Below, in pieces: positions 59,931-64,000 of a stretch of 64,000 nucleotides of DNA (within the stretch, counting starts at the first letter, position 1; each line of letters starts with the position of its first letter). Below the pieces are notes generated by a model, which saw nothing but the letters and a program-made list of their open reading frames with translations, ran no database searches and was not told the DNA's origin. The translations under genes and the position numbers were made by a program. This DNA comes from an uncultured bacterium. Its GTDB lineage: Bacteria > Desulfobacterota_D > UBA1144 > Nemesobacterales > UBA2774. The stretch spans positions 448,001-512,000 of the forward strand of contig CAVPJU010000010.1 in NCBI GenBank assembly GCA_963705505.1. The letters are read 5' to 3'.

Positions 59931-61349
59931 TTATTCCACCTTCCTCACAGGCGGCGGGGTCCATGAGCCGTCGAGTATAGAGGGAGGTGTCTCGTTCGGC
60001 CAATACAAGCGCAGCATGAGTACGAAATTGTCTTTCGGCGCAGGAAGCCAGTTGGATTCCTTGTCAGCGCCGGGGGATTCATTCTGAATGTAGAGGTCAA
60101 GAGAGCCGTCCGCGTTGTATTTGAGATCATTACGCGGGCTCACAGTATAACGGTGAAGCGGATTATTCACGAAGAAATACCTGTGGTTATACATGGTCAG
60201 AGACCAGAAGCCTTTAACGGGCGGGGTCTGCCCTTTCGGGAAAGTAATCATATATTTATTTGCCCCGTTGAGCTTGTTTCCCTCACTGTCCACCTGTGTT
60301 TTGGGATAAACGGCATCCTGGGACAGGTTCGCGCCAAGGCCAATTGCGGTCACGACGGCGCGGAGCACATAGTGCGTCCCGTAACTACCCAGATTGGTAA
60401 TTACTGCCCAGCCGTTCACGAGTTTTCCCGGTTTCTTTGCGACGGTCATTATCTTTTCCTGAGCCGCCTTTGGAGCGCCTTCGATACCCTTCGCAACACT
60501 CGGGTCGAGCTTGGAAATGTCGAAGTCCTGACCGGGGACGATCCCGATCAGCGCAAGTTTTTCAATCATCGGGGCGTCTTCGGGAGAGGGCGGGTTAGTC
60601 TTCATCAGCTCCGCAAGGAGCTTAAAGTATGCCCCCGCATCGAGTGCGTTAACCTGATCCCGTACCGCGGTTTTCGTATCTATCGACGGATCGACCTTTC
60701 CCGCAGGCGGCGTGTAAGGCTTTCCGTATGCGCTCAGGGGAACGAGCTTGTACTCGTCCTGGATCGCATGCACGGCCTTATAATCATCGGGGGTCCCCGT
60801 GCAATAGGTGCGGCCTATAATCCACACCATGCTCGTTGGCGACTTGATCTCCTTTACACCGTCCGGGAGAGCGCCCTTCCATCCGGGACCGGTTATGGCA
60901 TAAGTCCGAGCCCCGGTGCCCGTTGTGCGCGTCCCCGGGTCCGCGAACACGTTTGTCCACCCGGAGAGCATGGGCATGAGATAGTAGCGGCTCCCCTCGG
61001 CAGGAAGACTCAGAACATAAGGTTCGTTTGAAAGATCAAGCCAGGCAGCCGAATAAAGGGTGTCCGCATTCGGAGCAGTAACGTCCTTGAAGCTGGCGTT
61101 GGGATATTGCCTAAGATTGGCGAACTGGTACATGGGCGCGTGTGTACCCTTGGGCGCCTCAACATTGGTCATGACGCGCCTCGTCATCTCCATAGTGACG
61201 AGCGGATAACCGTATATGTAGGCTTCGGTGCCCAGTGTTAATGCCGCTTGCTCGCTGAGCTTCCGGGCTTGGGCGGCGGTCGGAATCGCTAGAGGCAGTG
61301 CCGCGACTACCAATAATAAAACAAGAGCTATCGATTTTCTCAGATCCAT
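59931..61349 (-). CDS. DUF1254/DUF1214 domain protein
   Basis: AYIYGYPLV, PNADTLYS.AWLDL..EP, GLGAN...DAVYP, PPV.GFWSLTMY, NWLPAP. Confidence 0.92.
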   Translation of the reverse strand: MDLRKSIALVLLLVVAALPLAIPTAAQARKLSEQAALTLGTEAYIYGYPLVTMEMTRRVMTNVEAPKGTHAPMYQFANLRQYPNASFKDVTAPNADTLYSAAWLDLSNEPYVLSLPAEGSRYYLMPMLSGWTNVFADPGTRTTGTGARTYAITGPGWKGALPDGVKEIKSPTSMVWIIGRTYCTGTPDDYKAVHAIQDEYKLVPLSAYGKPYTPPAGKVDPSIDTKTAVRDQVNALDAGAYFKLLAELMKTNPPSPEDAPMIEKLALIGIVPGQDFDISKLDPSVAKGIEGAPKAAQEKIMTVAKKPGKLVNGWAVITNLGSYGTHYVLRAVVTAIGLGANLSQDAVYPKTQVDSEGNKLNGANKYMITFPKGQTPPVKGFWSLTMYNHRYFFVNNPLHRYTVSPRNDLKYNADGSLDLYIQNESPGADKESNWLPAPKDNFVLMLRLYWPNETPPSILDGSWTPPPVRKVE

Positions 61350-61452
61350 ATTACCCCCGATTTGGTTATAGTTACTCCCTGATTTCGCGCAATAAGACCG
61401 GCTACAAAATTTTATACCGATCATTAAATACTTTATGAGGTATCTCAACGAA

Positions 61453-61472
61453 TGTCTATCAAAATTTCGCAA
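61453..61472 (-). promoter_or_regulatory. Putative AraC/XylS-type site upstream of the DUF1254 pair
   Basis: TGTCTATCAAAATTTCGCAA matches 57373-57392 at 16 of 20 positions. Confidence 0.5.
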
Positions 61473-61685
61473 GAAAACAAAAAATCAAACCTTTATTAAT
61501 GATAAGAGGATATGATAAAGAATGAAAGAAGATAAACTTTCGGTCGGGGCCTCGATTTTCTTACAAAATCAGAAACGGCGGAATATATTTCCGGGACCGA
61601 CTCCGATTCGTATCCGTTCCGCTAATAAACCCCTTATGCCGCTTTAAGGTCGGCAGTTCATAAGAGATTCGAAGAAGAATAGCCG

Positions 61686-62729
61686 TCATGAAATCTTTAC
61701 AACCGTCCCGGCGTCAAACGGCTCGAGCTCTATCCTTCTGTCGATGAACTGTCCGATGACCCAGATATTCGTAGTCGTGTGTTCCCGGATTTCAGAGACT
61801 GTGAATAAGGACTCTCCTCCCGCCAGGGACAAATAGGGAAGGACCTGGTCGGCCGCGTGCGCGTCGAGACTCGCGCCCGAATTAAACTCATCGATGAACA
61901 TCCCGGCTGCCTCCCTTCCGACGGCTTCAGCCCTTTTACCCGGCCTGCCCAGGGAATCCGAGCCTATCGCGGTATTCTCAAAATCGCCGACGATGGTGAT
62001 GGTGCTCCCTGCCGATAGTGCGGGAAAGTATTCGATTACGCTCTCGATAGGAATTTCGGGACCGAACCCGAGCGCATCCTTGACGGATTCCGCCTGACGC
62101 TCGGCGACACGCCTTGCTTTCAGTATATCGGCAGCCCCCGACATAATGAGAATCCTTCGTAGCCGCCCCCGCTCCGTACATCTCCAATTCGAAACGCTCC
62201 CCGGGGTCACCTCGACTCCGACTTCGGCGCCGCCTCTGGGGTAAAAACCGCGCCTTGTAATACTGGTCACCGACTTGAGCCCCATCCTTTCGATTATGTT
62301 TGAAAAGACAAACCTGTGGTAATCGATGACGGGCGCAAAGAATGTGTCCGTCGCCCCGCCGTGAAAGTTCATCCTTACCGGGCCGGGAGCGAAAAATGCC
62401 GGAAGTAGTAGGGTCTGGAGGAGAAGGGTAATGCTCCCGGCTGTCTTTATTTCGACATCGAGTGACTTAGCTTCAATCCGGCCCGGAAAGAGTGATATCT
62501 CGGTCGATCCCTGCTCGTCACCTGTAAGCTCGCCGCCGCAAAGCCGGGCGAGCGCCCTCAAGCCGAGCACATGCTGGTGTCCGAGACCAGGGTTCTTCCG
62601 GTTCTTTCTGATATTGTGGATACGGCACGGAACGCCTGTTACCGCGGATAAGGCAGTCGCAGTCCTCACTATCTGTCCGCCGCCTTCCCCATAGGAACCG
62701 TCGATCGAAATCTCTTTTTTTCGGTTCAT
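61686..62729 (-). CDS. rtcA: RNA 3'-terminal phosphate cyclase
   Basis: IDGSYGEGGGQIVRT, IR..R..PGL..QH, TAGS.TL, GGATD, RRGFYP.GG, D.H.ADQ. Confidence 0.95.
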   Translation of the reverse strand: MNRKKEISIDGSYGEGGGQIVRTATALSAVTGVPCRIHNIRKNRKNPGLGHQHVLGLRALARLCGGELTGDEQGSTEISLFPGRIEAKSLDVEIKTAGSITLLLQTLLLPAFFAPGPVRMNFHGGATDTFFAPVIDYHRFVFSNIIERMGLKSVTSITRRGFYPRGGAEVGVEVTPGSVSNWRCTERGRLRRILIMSGAADILKARRVAERQAESVKDALGFGPEIPIESVIEYFPALSAGSTITIVGDFENTAIGSDSLGRPGKRAEAVGREAAGMFIDEFNSGASLDAHAADQVLPYLSLAGGESLFTVSEIREHTTTNIWVIGQFIDRRIELEPFDAGTVVKIS

Positions 62730-62749
62730 TGTACGATCCCGCAACGGGC

Positions 62750-63139
62750 TCAATTTACGACTCCCGCTATACTGAGGATGAGCACGGCAAGCACGATCGA
62801 GGTTACTAAAGCATACATATAATCGCGCTGAATCATGAATGCGAATACCGAAAATATTACGCGTGCGACGGGTGTGGCGATGAGCAGTAAAAGGCCAAGC
62901 TGTATTATCCCCACGCTCCTGATCTGCCATGCGATATCTATAATCTCCCTCAGGTCGCGGAGGTTCCTGGGCACACCGCTGAAGACGCTGTACTCGGGCA
63001 TCTCGAAGCCGTGCCGCATCAGGTAAATCACGCTGCCCGTAAGCACGAACGCAGCCGATATTATTACGGCCACCCTGAGAAGGTTCCCGATTATCTGATC
63101 CATCTTCTCGTCGCTCATTATATTCTTATTATCTCGCAT
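62750..63139 (-). CDS. DUF1634 membrane protein
   Basis: I..LLR..V..S, GIIQLGLLLLIATP.ARV, F...RD..Y. Confidence 0.88.
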   Translation of the reverse strand: MRDNKNIMSDEKMDQIIGNLLRVAVIISAAFVLTGSVIYLMRHGFEMPEYSVFSGVPRNLRDLREIIDIAWQIRSVGIIQLGLLLLIATPVARVIFSVFAFMIQRDYMYALVTSIVLAVLILSIAGVVN

Positions 63140-63140
63140 A

Positions 63141-63977
63141 TCAAAAGCCCCCGGTCAGACCCTTATACAGCATCTCTATCGCCAGCGCGAAAATAACGAC
63201 CGCAAACACGATCCGGAGAAGCCGCGTCGATACGCTTAACAGAAAATGAGTGCCGAGCAGGGAGCCGAAAAGCACCCCGAGCATTACAGGCATAGAGAGA
63301 CCCGGGTCGATATACCCGCGGTTGAGGAAAACCCCCGCGCTTGCGGCTGCGGTCACGCCTATCATGAAGTTACTCGTGGTAGTCGATACCTTAAACGGCA
63401 GGCGCATGACCTGATCCATCGCGATCACTTTGAGAGCTCCGGACCCTATCCCGAGGAGACCGGATAACGCGCCCGCTATAAACATGACACCGAAGCCCTC
63501 AGGGACAGCGCGGACATAGTACTTCTCGGGGCCGTCAGCCGTCGGGTATTCGGAATTCATCCTGAGACGGGTCGCGAGCTTATCGGGCTCGGCCGGGGGA
63601 GCGTCCCTGTGACGCGAGATACCGGATTGGTAGGATGAATAGAGGAGCACAAGGCCGAAGACTACGGCGATCGCCGAAGGAGAGACGCTCGTCGCGACGG
63701 CGGCTCCGACAACGGCGCCGATAGTAGTCGCGATCTCAAGAAACATCCCCACTCTGATATTGCTGAACCCCTCCTTCACATAAGCGGACGCTGCGGCTGA
63801 AGACGTCGCTATGACGGATACGAGCGACGCGCCCATGGCGTAGCGGATATCGACACCGAAGCCTAGCACGAGGAGGGGCACTATCACAACCCCACCCCCA
63901 AGCCCCGTCGCCGCTCCGAGGAAGCCCGCCAGGAGAGACCCGAGAAAAACCAGTGTGGAGAATTCAAGTATATTCAT
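63141..63977 (-). CDS. Sulfite exporter TauE/SafE (TSUP) family protein
   Basis: G..TGLGGG, A.GASL.SVIATS, AG.LSGLLGIG.G..KV.AMD, TTSNFMIGVTAAAS. Confidence 0.92.
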   Translation of the reverse strand: MNILEFSTLVFLGSLLAGFLGAATGLGGGVVIVPLLVLGFGVDIRYAMGASLVSVIATSSAAASAYVKEGFSNIRVGMFLEIATTIGAVVGAAVATSVSPSAIAVVFGLVLLYSSYQSGISRHRDAPPAEPDKLATRLRMNSEYPTADGPEKYYVRAVPEGFGVMFIAGALSGLLGIGSGALKVIAMDQVMRLPFKVSTTTSNFMIGVTAAASAGVFLNRGYIDPGLSMPVMLGVLFGSLLGTHFLLSVSTRLLRIVFAVVIFALAIEMLYKGLTGGF

Positions 63978-64000
63978 CTGACCGGGCTCTGAATTTGTCG

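Noticed and set aside
62730..62930. N-terminal extension of RtcA
   Set aside because: It overlaps DUF1634 in another frame; RtcA homology starts at MNRKKEISIDGS.

Overview
This is a bacterial chromosomal window of about 50% GC. The gene content suggests a Desulfobacterota-like lineage such as Ca. Dadabacteria, but that placement is low confidence. I found no rRNA, tRNA, CRISPR array, integrase or transposase. In order, the window holds: an ArsR-SRPBCC-DUF899 operon with a leaderless, self-repressed promoter; mepA; an oxalate decarboxylase; an RsbV/RsbU/RsbW partner-switching module; a Ser1 proteasome-like Ntn hydrolase; late futalosine menaquinone genes (mqnP-ubiX-ubiD-mqnE); mgtE; recO-argJ; ychF-pyrD; a circularly permuted Tat-exported D-amino acid oxidase; and a cbb3 oxidase operon (ccoI-S-NO-Q-P-G-DsbD2). 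The cbb3 operon has a sigma54 promoter and faces a GNAT / FixL-like PAS kinase / NtrC-type activator unit. That unit has its own sigma54 promoter and shares a 24-bp upstream motif with the cco promoter. An ~18-kb island follows (2 sulfatases, 2 DUF1254/DUF1214, DUF2092, a beta-barrel, 2 LssY_C proteins) with repeated XylS-type boxes and an AraC regulator. The window ends with rtcA, DUF1634 and a TauE/SafE gene. About 12 single-base indels, some in conserved genes (ychF, pyrD, ubiX), look like long-read consensus errors. All family calls come from motif recognition, not database searches.
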